Source: Paragordius varius (Eukaryota > Animalia > Nematomorpha). Taken from it: 64,000 bases of DNA. A model generated the notes under the pieces. That model did not search any database and was not told where the DNA came from. It saw nothing but the letters and a program-made list of their open reading frames with translations. The position numbers and the translations under genes are program-made. Positions 1 to 15,386 of this stretch are shown one piece after another. The stretch covers positions 1,426,001-1,490,000 of the forward strand of contig OZ176051.1 in NCBI GenBank assembly GCA_964247055.1, given 5' to 3'. The first letter of the stretch is position 1. Every line of letters starts with the position of its first letter.

Positions 1-336
1 TTTACCAAGTCACCGAGATGTAATAAAAGAAAACAAAATAATACTTCTAAGCCAAATTGAGTAGCTATTAGCCATTTCTGTTATTATTCTTTATGCCAAC
101 TTCAAAAAACTATATACCCTAATGTGGCCAGATATTTAGAACCCTGACGCAGTGCAAAATTAAAACCTACTTTGCCTATCTTTTACACCAGATTTTCGGT
201 GTGTTATATTAAATGATATTGTTCGTTACTATTTATAAGCTCATTAGAAACAATTAAAAATATTCAAAAATTTATTAAAAATTTAATATAAATATATGTA
301 CACTTATTTATATAAGTTAAATATATGTACATATAA

Positions 337-1792
337 TCTATATATTTATAAAAATGGAAAATGCTGGCTTTGTGATCTGGTACAGGAAAACCGGTAGACC
401 CAATCAAATCCAAATATCAAAAAAATATAATCATTAATAAATGTCCCGACAATAGCTTCGCCCTTTTTTTGAAATAGGCCCCCAGTTCGGGCTTACCCCG
501 TATGAAAAACAGGTTTTTTTGTAAACACAAGTCCACAAAAATCGTGTCTTTGAGACAATTTTCTGGAGAACGTGTTGGAACATTCAATTTCAAATATAAT
601 TTTATTTTCGATTGCGCCGAACATAGTCGAGTCACTTTTTTAATTTAGGTCCTCTTTTTACTTGCTCCCCCCGTAAAATGCCACCTTTATCAAAAAACAA
701 AGTACACAAAAATAATTTTTTAAATCTATTTTTCGCCCTAGGTATGAGACCGTAAAAATTCAATAAAGATTCCACGTATTCCCTATAAAAGGCAAAAATT
801 TTAGTCAAGCGTTTCTATGATGATAGCTGCTGGGTAAGGAGCTACCCGCTAAAAACTGATTTTTCATGTAACTTTGTGATCTGTTTCCGGAAAACCGGTG
901 AACCCAATCAAATCCAAATATCGAAAAAATATAATCATTAATGAATGCCCCGACAATAGCTTCGCCCTTTTTTGGAATTAGGTCCCCAGTTCGGGCCCAC
1001 CACGTGTGAAAAATGGGTTAAGTCAATTTTTTGGAGAGCGTGTTGGAGCATTCAATTTCAAATATGATTTTTGTTTACTTATTTTCGATTGCGCCGAACA
1101 TAGTCGAGCCACTTTTTTGATTTAGGCCCTCTTTTTACCCGCTACCCCGGTAAAATGCCATTTTTTTCAAAAAAACAAAGTCCACAAAAATAATTTTTTG
1201 ATTGTATTTTTTTGCCCAAGGTATGAGACTGTAAAAAATTGAGAAGGTTTTTTCGTATTACCTGTTAAAAGGCAAAAATTTTAGTCAAGCGTTTCTTTGA
1301 TGATAGATGCTGAGTAAGGAATATCTATCATATGTATAGCATGTTAAAAGATATATGGATATTAAAACATTATTTATGGTAATCTATATATTTATAAAAC
1401 TGGAAAATGCTGGCTTTGTGATCTGGTACAGGAAAACCGGTAGACCCAATCAAATCCAAATATCGAAAAAATATAATCATTAGTCCCGACAAAGCTTCGC
1501 CCTTTTTTTGAAATAGGCCCCCAGTTCGGGCTTACCCCGTATGAAAAACAGGTTTTTTTGTAAACACAAGTCCACAAAAATCGTGTCTTTGAGACAATTT
1601 TCTGGAGAACGTGTTGGAACATTCAATTTCAATTATAATTTTTGTTTACTTATTTTCGATTGCGCCGAACATAGTCGAGTCACTTTTTTGATTTAGGCCC
1701 TCTTTTTACCCGCTACCCCCGTAAAATGCCATTCCCCCCCAGAATTCCGAAGGACTTCCTCGGGCTGCGTAGCAGCACGAGATTTACGCTAG
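337..1792 (+). mobile_element. Non-autonomous Helitron-like element(s) with an internal ~500-bp tandem repeat
   Basis: 5' TCTATATATTTATAAAA termini at 337 and 1383; about three copies of a ~500-bp unit; 3' hairpin CTCGGGCTGC-GTA-GCAGCACGAG followed by CTAG|T at 1789-1793, the canonical Helitron 3' end. Confidence 0.75.
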
Positions 1793-2480
1793 TATTATAA
1801 TAATATGTAAGGAATTTTTAAAACATCAAATCACTAAAATATAAATTTATTTTGTGTTGATTTTAAATTTGAGGTCGCTTTTGCGGAAGCCCTGAGCGAA
1901 AGGGCCATTAGCCTAAATTTGGAGTCTGATATTTATAGTTTCGTCACTGCGCGAATGGCCTTCATGAGCGACCGGTCCAAAACCCAATTTCATGAATAAT
2001 TTGAGCAGAATATTAAATATTAAGTATAAAATGGCCATAGTTTTTTTACCCCAAAAGGAACCATCTTTTTTTATTTTTAAATTCTACAAAAAAAATTGTA
2101 AAATAAAAGGTAATTAAGACATTTTATAAAAAAATTATTTCAAAAAGCAGTACTAAAGTCAGCGCAGTACAGGCGCGGTTTTTTTCGAAAACCCAGTACT
2201 GTACTGCGAAAAACAGCCTATCTGGTCACTTTAATATACCCGATTTCTAATATTCGAAAATGTTTGATACATCACTTTTGAAAACTTGATTTAAATTAAC
2301 GTTTAAACTATTAAGATATCTTTAAAAGATTAAAAAAGTATATTTTTAAGCATTTTAATTAGTTTGTGTGCATATTCGGTTTAAACTCAAACTGTGAATA
2401 TAGACTACCCTAAATTAGATAAAAGTGAAAAGTAATTTTTTTTAAAAAATATTTTTATAACCATTTTAATTATTTTGTAG

Positions 2481-2797
2481 CAACACACTTTGATGGTTGA
2501 CGCGGTAGCTCAAAGGCCAATTGCTCCAACCACAACAGTTATAACCACTACAAAAGAGTAAATATTAATTTATCTTATCTTAGAACGGGTAAGGTTAATC
2601 ATTGCTTGCATGCTATTATCAGCATTTTCTTCTTCCCCTGGATATTTGTTTGGATTCTTTTGGTAAATAGTTCATTTTTTAATTTCTAATTTGACGCATA
2701 AATTAAAACTAAACCCTAAATATTTTTTGCTTCGCCAAGTTTGTTTATTAACTCCAATTGGATTTAATAGTGCCATACTAGAAATTCGGTGGCTTGA
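2481..2797 (+). CDS. Small Pro/Thr-rich protein with a C-terminal membrane segment (~56-60 aa)
   Basis: Exons 2481-2557, 2584-2662, 2771-2797 join in frame via GT-AG introns of 26 and 108 nt: QHTLMVDAVAQRPIAPTTTVITTTKETGKVNHCLHAIISIFFFPWIFVWILLCHTRNSVA*. The start may be ATG 2493 or an unseen upstream exon; the last exon is less certain. Confidence 0.6.
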
Positions 2798-3650
2798 AAT
2801 ACAGTAAAAGTTTAAATTATAGACAAAACTTAAAAAGTTTATTTTTTTTGTAAAGACAACTATACTTTTTTAAAACTAAATCTTTCCTATAATTATTACT
2901 GTAAATAGGGACTCGTTTTATCAGGATTAATAATGCGAGAATTTCTATGTTGTATTTGTGGGCCATCGAATGCAAACGCAATATTATCACTCAAAAATTT
3001 TTGCGCCAAATTAATTTCATTGTCAAGTTCTGTTTTTTTGATTTGTACTAAATTGGTTTTATTTAGTGAAGTTAAAACTGCTTTTTAAGGGACGATGTTT
3101 TAATGTCAGGGATTGCATGGAACCATTTTTATGAAATCCAAACCTTTATCTTTTTGAAAAAAACGGTTCCAAAAAATAAATAAAGTTTTATTATTTAAAT
3201 TTAAAATATAATTATAGGAACCAGAATCATATAAAACTGGAATGACCGTATTTTTTATTTTTAATAAATGTATTAATAATACTTTTATTAAATGTACTTT
3301 TAAGATATGCCTAAACAAACGAAAAAAACGACAAATGACAGTTATCAAAATTTGATTCTCAACGCTTTTTGCATTATGTATGGGCCTAACAATTTACTAC
3401 ACAAATTTATGGCTTATAAGCAAATTATTAATATTGACAACAATAAATTCTAACATTAATTTATTCACTTTAAAATTTTACTAAAATAAAAAAAATTGAC
3501 TAATTTTGGACAACATTATATATATATTTATAGTGAGTGTGGGGTAAAACTTAGTTTTATAAAAAATACAAAATGGAATTGTTGTAGAGTGTGTATGATT
3601 GATTATCAAATTTGCTTGGCTTTTTTTGCCGTGCAATATTTAGCATTAGA

Positions 3651-7313
<3,663 letters not shown>

Positions 7314-8899
7314 AGGTGTCAGATAAAGGTTACGAGAAAGAAATGGGGGGCAACAAAATTTAGTGGTCAATATGTTCCGATTGAAAATATACCGACAGTG
7401 ATATAACATATGCTTTATATCTTACAAACTAAAAATATTTTAAAATGCATACTCAATTATCATGTAAACGAATCATTATCAGAATGTACTATCGTAACTT
7501 ATAAAAATAAAGGGGTTAAGAAGCTATTAAAAAACAGCTAGTATCTAAATATTTCTTAATTATGAAACGCGCTGATAAGCTTTTCAATTAGCCCATCTTA
7601 CTACATATAATTATAGGTTTTATAAAATGCAAATCTTCATAAATTGCGTGAATAAAGAAATTTAATGACGTCCATCATATAATTATTTTTTCAGGCAATA
7701 CAAAATGTTTTTTCATACTACCCCAGTACAGCCCTGTTCCTATGAATAGTATTGGAAAAAAATTTAGTCTTAATACAATTTTTCCATTTTCTAGGTTATA
7801 TCTATGTGACAGTAAGTTTACATTTTAGATCCTTCAAATCACCGGATAAATCTCCAGACTTTGTTGCCTCAATATTAATATCTTTCGGGAAAATACAGCT
7901 TTTAAAATATTTTATGGTCTCAGCCTTTCTTAGCCTAGAATGCGAAAAATTTCTGATAAGATAATGTCATATTCAAGAGTGAATCGTTCCTATACTCATC
8001 TATATATTATTGAAAATTTAATTTTGAATCAGATTTCCCGGACTTCTGTTGGTATATTAAGTAGCATTTTCATTCAAATGCCCCGTGCTTAACCATGTCT
8101 ATTTTTTAAATTAACCCCATCCCATGGAAAAAGGTGTTAAATCAAATATTTAATCATTTTGTTACAAAAAAAGCTTAGTATTTCATTCACTAAATAAATT
8201 TCTTTACGAATGCGCCAATAGTGGGGCTCTCCGTTACACTTAAATCCCACTTATGCAAGATTAACACATTTGGCAATTTAAGTATTCCTCTAAATCCTTT
8301 TTTTAATGCATAAGAAAACTTGAATTCAATAATAATCTTTAGCTATTATATGAACGTTGCTGTCGTGTGAACCCGAAAATTATAATCAAAATTTAAATTT
8401 TTAAAATACATTCATTAAATTTTAGAGTAGTTTCTCAGACTGATTTTAAATGTGTATATCAATTTGGGAAAGATATAAAAATATACAATCTTTGGCTTTT
8501 TTGGCGCTATTTTTGAAATTTATAATAATTCCTATTAAAAACTTTTAGCCTCATAAATATATTTTAGTATTTTTGTTTAATTACTAAAACCGGAAACAAT
8601 TGTATTATTACTTCGATAAAGATTACTTCCAACTGCTACTGTCATATTTTGTTAGCTAATTTTTGGTCTTGTAAATAAACTGCTAGTATGAAAGTTTTTT
8701 TAGTTTTAAAAAAATTATCAAATATTGTTCTATTAGATAAAAAAGTTTAGATTTTTTACAGTTTTGTAACTCTTTTGCGACCTGCGATATTCAAATGCAA
8801 AGTCTAAGAAATATTTAAATCAAATTCTCTGATAATTTTTTCTTTGGCAATGAACTAGCACAAATTAAAATAATTAGTTCTTTTCACAGTATTTCAAGA

Positions 8900-9003
8900 A
8901 CTAATAAAATATTTGTTGATGCCCATATATTTTCAAAATGCGGCCCGCCGGATTTTTTAATCCAAAAATGCCGCTTGAGAAGCCATTAATCTTGGACAGC
9001 CCT
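8900..9003. mobile_element. hAT (Charlie-like) terminal fragment
   Basis: ATGCGGCCCGC...GGACAGCCCTG end; a related copy lies at about 42630-42713. Confidence 0.5.
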
Positions 9004-9419
9004 GTTCTTAAGTCTAAAAGTGAGACAGATCCAAAACTCGATTGAAATCAACAGCTTATATTAATTAATAAATATTAAGTTTTTGCTGGTAAAATGTAAC
9101 CTGAAAGCTTACTAAAGTTAATTATTTGCTATTACTAACCACAATAGACATTTATTCGCCTATTTAGCGAAAAAAATTTAAAACAAATATTAGGATTTTT
9201 TTGGAATTTCACATTAAATTTTTTTTATTGAAGCATGCGCCTTAAACACTTAAGAGATCATATTTTTTCAGGTTAATACCTTTTTAAGATATTTAAATTT
9301 CAAATCGCGCTGGCATAAAACATTGCCTTAAAACGTCATGCCTTCTTTTTAATGAAAAAAAATATCACCTTTAATATTTATAACCAAAGCCCATGTATAT
9401 ATTGTTTAAAAGCATTAAA

Positions 9420-9990
9420 TCTTTATCAGTAGTTGGATCTGGCATTTCAGCGGACATAGCAAAATCTATTTGATTTGACATAATTTTTGGTAATAGCCAA
9501 ATTCATATTTGCCCTTGTGGTAATCCTTTTTTGCCATTCCACTGTATACATGCTACGCACCAAACACTTATAACTTAACTATAAAATCAAACAAAGATTT
9601 AAGCTTCTGGTTAAACACTCCGGCTGTAATATCGCATCTATCCTTCGGTAATTATCCATGTAGAAGTAAATTTTATATGGTATTCCACAGAAGATTACAT
9701 GAAAATGTAATAAACAAATCTGGACCATACTGTGCCACGTTAGACCAAAGCATCCTGCGCGTATTTATGCATATGGACGTGACGGCATAAATATGATGAT
9801 GCCAAAATTGTATATCATTCAACATCCTAATAATAGAGTCATTTATTACTGCATCACGTAAGTGTATATATTTTTGGAACGGAGTTTGGGTTGTTTTAAA
9901 CGAAGATACAAACAACATACGCTCTGTTTCTATCTTTGCATACATGTCTACAATGTATTGGTGAAATAATTGTCTACATTGTAAAATATG
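9420..9990 (-). mobile_element. Helitron Rep/helicase pseudogene fragment
   Basis: FHQYIVDMYAKIETER, YIHLRDAV, YGPDLFITFSCN, YTVEWQKKGLP and SAEMPDP motifs of Helitron Rep, interrupted by frameshifts. Confidence 0.85.
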
Positions 9991-10439
9991 ATACTCTTAA
10001 ATTTATAATCGTACAATTTATCTAGGTGAATAATATTAATTCATTTGGCTGCATTTTTATTTGTTTCTTCTTGGAGATCGAATATATCAGCTAAACATTA
10101 AAATATATCCATCAGGGCCGTCCCAAAGAATTGATATTGTAGCGGATATCATCGAGTCTCTGATACATTCCTTAAATTATCGTTTCTAAGGTGAAAAGAG
10201 TATCTAAGTTTAAAAAGGGAGAGACACTTCACCGAATACCTAAGTTGATTTAGGTTATCTTGAACATCTTTGAAAGCTTCATATATTCCATAATATAAAC
10301 GTGGAATTAAATAAAACAAATTTATTTTTTAGCACTTTTAAAACATCAAATTTCAACCAATTTAAAATATGGTTATTTAAAAAATGATTTAACTTTTACA
10401 CTTCGAATAAAATTAATTTAATGTCCAAATTATTTAACT

Positions 10440-11400
10440 CCTATTTTAACGCTAAGTGAGGAATTGAGGGCTCTTAAAAAGGGCTTGGTAACCCTGGGCG
10501 CAATTGTAAAACATTATAAAGAGTATAATATTAAATCTGACTGTGCCCACACCTTTTCCGGAATCGTGTTTCAAAGCTAAAAGTTGTTCAACAAAACTAT
10601 TTTTTTGGATTTGGCTGAATCAGTGTGTTTTAGAATGATATGATGTAATATCAGTGCTGATATTACATCATATCATTCTAAAATTATTTTTATTTAGCAG
10701 GGCAGAACCCATGGCTTAAATTTAAAAAAGGGCTTAGTCACTGTCCGCGAAATCGTAAAACAATAAAAAACCTATATTTGAAACTGACTGTGCCTACACG
10801 TTTTCGGGAGCCTTTAAGCCAATATTTTTGAAAAAAACAATTTTTACACAGGTGGGGGAGAGGGGCTAATTTATAAACACCCTGGGTGCATCAAATGTTA
10901 TTAGCACTTTTCAATATGGACGAGCCTTCACACTTTACACAAAATTGCTTCATCGGCAACATTTTATTAAAAAGCCCTAAAATTAAGTGGGGCTAATTCG
11001 AAAAAAGGGCTTAGTCGCTTTCGGCGCAATCGTAATAGAATTAAAATGATTTACTGACTCTGCCCACATGTTTTTCATCGTGTGGCAAGCCCAATAATTT
11101 TAATAACCGAATTTATAAGTGGGCTAAACTGGGGGTCTAATATAAAAAGGGGCTTAATCACCCTGTGGGTGCATTCGTAAAACATAATAAAAACACACTA
11201 TTTAAACTAAATGGGCCCACACGTTTACTGGAAACGTCGTACAAACTTAAATTTTTAGGGACTTTTATTTTATCAAAAAAACTCGATTTTACAAGGAATG
11301 GGGCAAAACTGAGGACCCAATTCAAAAAAGGGCTTAGTCACTGTTGGCGTATTTTAAAATTAAATATTTTTCACTTTGCAATCGGAATGGGCTTTTCCGT
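10440..11400. repeat. Degenerate tandem repeat, about 5 units of 150-280 bp
   Basis: Recurrent AAAAAAGGGCTT(A/G)GT..C...CTGACT.TGCC.ACA; resembles the reverse complement of the unit at 337-1740. Confidence 0.65.
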
Positions 11401-11439
11401 TTTCCCAAGCGTTGATTACAGCTCAAACTAATATTATCA

Positions 11440-11789
11440 ATATATATCAAGAGTGTCCTTGAAACTTCAAGTTTCTCCAATTTTAAGTTGGTCCTTGAAC
11501 AATTCAAATTGGTCCCATCATTCATATCTCCTATCATTTTTAACCAAATCTCTCTATTAATCTTAAACTTTATTTTTTTTCATTCATGAACCGTATATTA
11601 TTTTCTTAACAAGTATTTAATATTAATAAGAATACGTAATTGAAAAATATTTAAGTTTACTAGCTTAATTATTTTTTTCGTTAATAACATTTATAAGTTA
11701 ACTAGTAAGTTAATAATATGTTGAATTGGAAAAATTTATTCTAAAGAAAAAAGTTGTTTTCAAATAAAATAATGTTTTAAATGAATATA

Positions 11790-11824
<35 letters not shown>

Positions 11825-11960
11825 AATAACGAAAATTAGTTTGAAAATAATAAAATAAAAAGTTACATTAAAAAATTATAAAACCCAAACTTACATAGTT
11901 TAAGGTCCTTGAAAGAACTAAGTGGAAATGTTGAAGGACTTTTTTTGAAGTACAAATGGT
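11440..11960. mobile_element. Foldback MITE copy (AAGGACC 21-bp family), degenerate
   Basis: CAAGAGTGTCCTTGAA left arm and GAAGGACTTTTTTGAAGTACAAATGG right end; interior resembles 30090-30430. Confidence 0.6.
11794..11821. repeat. (TA)n microsatellite
   Basis: About 14 TA units. Confidence 0.9.
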
Positions 11961-12383
11961 TTACATGAGACGCATTACAAAATTAAACCATTTTATAAAC
12001 AAACTAGCTTTGAAATTAAAGATTCAAATATATAAAAAACAACACAAAATAACTATTGTGCTTATAAATAATTTTATCTTTGATTGTATATTTATAATTA
12101 AATTATTAAGTCATATACAAGTATGTGCATTGAGATTTGACAATAATTGAAACTCATAAATAAAATATATTTATCATATATAATAATGGATTAAAAAAGT
12201 TTTATGGTAAAAGCTAATACTGTATCCTACTATTTGAAATTGGACGGGTATAAGTGGGAAAAATTAAAAATAAACACAAATAAAGAATATTATATATAAA
12301 AAAATGAGAACATAATAAATTTTGATTGTTTTAAGGGGTTTTCACAAAATGGGATGATGTTTTTGCGTAATACTCGATAAAAT

Positions 12384-15331
12384 TTATTTGCTAGATAGTT
12401 GAATGTATTCGACAAAAGGTAGTTTTTCACTTTTCTTAGCCGGAAAACTCAAGAAAGACATTTTAGGGCGAATTGATTTTTGAGATGTGAGAGTACCATT
12501 TTGTATATTTTTGTTTTTTAAAGATGGCTCATATATTTGAGATATGTCATGCTTTGTTACACATGTTCCACCATTGCTAATATTTATGGGTGTATGGCAT
12601 TTTTCATAACCCTATTATATAATGTTTTATAAACTTTATTTAACTAATATTTTCAAAAAATAGAAAATACCAATATCAAACCTGATTGTTTTCAATTAAA
12701 TCGTGTACAATTTCATGCAGACAGCTATTGATAAACAGAGGAAATTCCAAATGTTCAATGAGAATCCATTCAAAAGCATCCGTTTTAGGCCACAAATATT
12801 GGAACGAAAATTTATAGGCTAATCTTTGAGAGCACTGGTTAAAATAAAGAGTTTAAGCATGTAAAATTTAAAAAAAAAATTCTCATGAAAAATTTACATA
12901 ATGCTTTTGACATGGAGATGTATTGAAGTTGGAGGTGACACTTTCATCACTAAGATTGAGAGATTCGTATTGACTAGTTGAAGGTTTATTGCACAAAATT
13001 ACATTATTAGAAAAAGCGCATGGAATGTAGGATTTTTTTTCATTATTTGAATCAATCACATCTTGTTTGTGATACGAGGTGATTCTCCAATTTTTAATGC
13101 GAGAAGTTTTAAAAAACATGATATCTATTTGTGAATTATGAAAGATATGAGACTAAAAATTATGATATTTACAGTAAATGTAAAAAAATAGAAATAAACC
13201 TAGCGAAGGAAAAATATTAATAAAAGAAAGCCGCTTAAAAAAATAAGAAAACCTATCAGTTAAAATAACCAAATCCGTAATTTTATATATACAATGTACG
13301 CTAAATATGACGAAACAAAAGGCTAAAATATCAGCCTAATGTTAAACATCCCTATTCACAACATCATATAAATCAACAATTAAAAATTTGGTGACTTTTA
13401 AATTTAATTGGATTTTTTACTTTGAATCAGATGTATAAAAATCTTAGACTTTTATATTAACACTTTCAACTGTTTTAATTTAAGAGACCTTGAATCTTTT
13501 TGATGTCGTCATTTCCATTAATGTGACCATTAGCTGTGTTAAAATTATGGTTTTTTCCTTTTTCAGGTACAATAACTATCCCATCCATTCCAATCATTAG
13601 TTTACTGATTAAAACAGTTTTCCCAGTATTTTCAAGCGTTAAGTATGGATTCATATTGTTGGGTAATGTATGTTTTGTATTGATTGTGAGGTAATTAGCA
13701 AATGCTTCTTTATCCAAAAAGCTTTGTATGTTGGAAATGTAAGATGTGTAATCAGAATGAACAGGTGAAAGCGATAATATCTAAACAAAAAACAAGATGG
13801 TATTATATTAAAAATGCAATTCAATACCCCAAAATAAAACAAAACAAGATAAAATTTAATTTAACTTTGATTAAAAATGGCTTTAATAAATATTACTGTG
13901 TAGAACAGAGTACAATTAATGATTTATCAAAAAGCAATAAGTATCCTAATTGTATATTTAATATTTATTTTTTGCATATATAAGCAAAATTACTTACATA
14001 TTTAACGTCTTTGAGAGATAAAATCTCATGATTAACAAAGTGATACAGTACAAGTTTGGACGTTACAGGATCATTAAGCAATTCAGAAGTAGTGTGTTTA
14101 TCCCAAAATCTACGATAGCATAAAATAATTATTTTTAGTAGTTTCATATAACTCCTCCTGAATAAAATTCTTAAAATACCACAGTAAATATAAACTAAAA
14201 AGCTCAAGCTATTCATCATACAATCATTTGATTTCTCCTTGTAAAGTTAAAATTAAAGTTGCGTGTCCGATGGTTTGTGGGTGTTTTAGAGCTCATTATG
14301 GGCCAAAATCACATATTTTTTGATTTTAAGACATGAAAAATGTAGAATAAAGCTTAAATAATTTTCGGAAAAAACTGAAAATTTAGATGTCAAAAATGGT
14401 CTATGCGGATATTGTTTAATATATATACCCAAAATAGAAGTAATTATAAAGGTGTAGAAAAGTCCATTGTAATAATATATTTTTTTACCTAATACCCAGC
14501 AAAAATTGCACAGAATATTCTGTATCATTGTAACATTGTTCCAGAGCTTTTTTTGTAAGGACAGGACATTCAAAATGATTTAAACGAGTCATATAAACGA
14601 AAGAAGTATCACACTTTTCTAGCAGGATATTTTGTCCGGAGATATTCGTTTCACCATAATTGCAACCTTTTATGATGCTTAGCGTTAAGGATGGAATGTA
14701 TTTCAATGGTATGGATAAGGTGTGGCAAAGTTTCTAAATTACATTAAAATGATAAAAATTACTTCAATTATTTCGAGTGTAGATGCAAATGATGATATAG
14801 GTAATTCTAAAAGGTCGTCTGTTAGAGGGGACAAAAAAATTTTGATTGTCGATATAGAATCATTGGGAAATAAGTTTGAGGTAGTAACATGTTTGTAAAT
14901 ATTTTTTTGATAAAATTTCTGATAAATTAAAATACATATACTGTGTGCTCCTGAATCATACTTTGCATAAAGTATGTATCTTGTAAAATTTCGGGAAAAA
15001 TGGTAACTAAAATAAATTTAAAAAGTACAAAAACTTGATTGTAAAAATTTTTCCAAGGCCTCCCTTCTCTCCTCAATTTCAAAATCACTCATAAAAATGT
15101 TTTTTGAAGGGAATAAAACGTTTTTTATGATATTAGGATGCGATTGTTTAAGCTAAGATAAATTATTTAAATACTTGTTCAAAAAATTCTCGCAATTTTT
15201 TATAACGTATACTTGAATAAGGGACTCCATTAACATAAATTATGTAACTCTAAAAATAAAAATATCAATGTTACAATATAATTGGAGTTTTGTGTTCTGA
15301 TTGTTTCCGTATCAGGAATGGAGAAATGCAT
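12384..15331 (-). CDS. SNX17: Sorting nexin 17-like (PX + FERM-like), ~587 aa, 12 exons
   Basis: Exons 15331-15275, 15249-15175, 15152-15035, 15006-14942, 14918-14763, 14733-14489, 14109-13994, 13945-13914, 13780-13489, 13124-12898, 12834-12682, 12611-12384. N-terminus MHFSIPDTE...SYIIYVNGV...IRY...FPSK...IEERREALEKFLQ matches SNX17 (MHFSIPETE...VNGV...VRY...VEQRREQLEKYMQ); FKTSRIKNWRITS and FQYL...EWI...SCLHEIVHDL match FERM F3. Boundaries of exons 7-8 are less certain. Confidence 0.9.
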
Positions 15332-15386
15332 GACTTACGATTTTGTTTTAAGGCGAGGCCCAAATCAGATAAAAATTAGTGTGTGA
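15332..15386. promoter_or_regulatory. 55-nt interval between divergent SNX17 and GFM2 start codons (putative bidirectional promoter / overlapping 5' UTRs)
   Basis: CAT at 15329-15331 and ATG at 15387-15389; a GC-rich core GGCGAGGCCC in otherwise AT-rich DNA. Function is inferred. Confidence 0.6.

Noticed and set aside
2490-2660. Minus-strand tetraspanin-like GYNCCGW reading
   Set aside because: No phase-compatible donor joins it to the upstream frame; the plus-strand model has clean splice sites and a coherent peptide.
7690-8300. Possible gene divergent from LYPLA, or an integrase fragment
   Set aside because: Frames close quickly on both strands and no consistent exon chain or convincing motif could be built.
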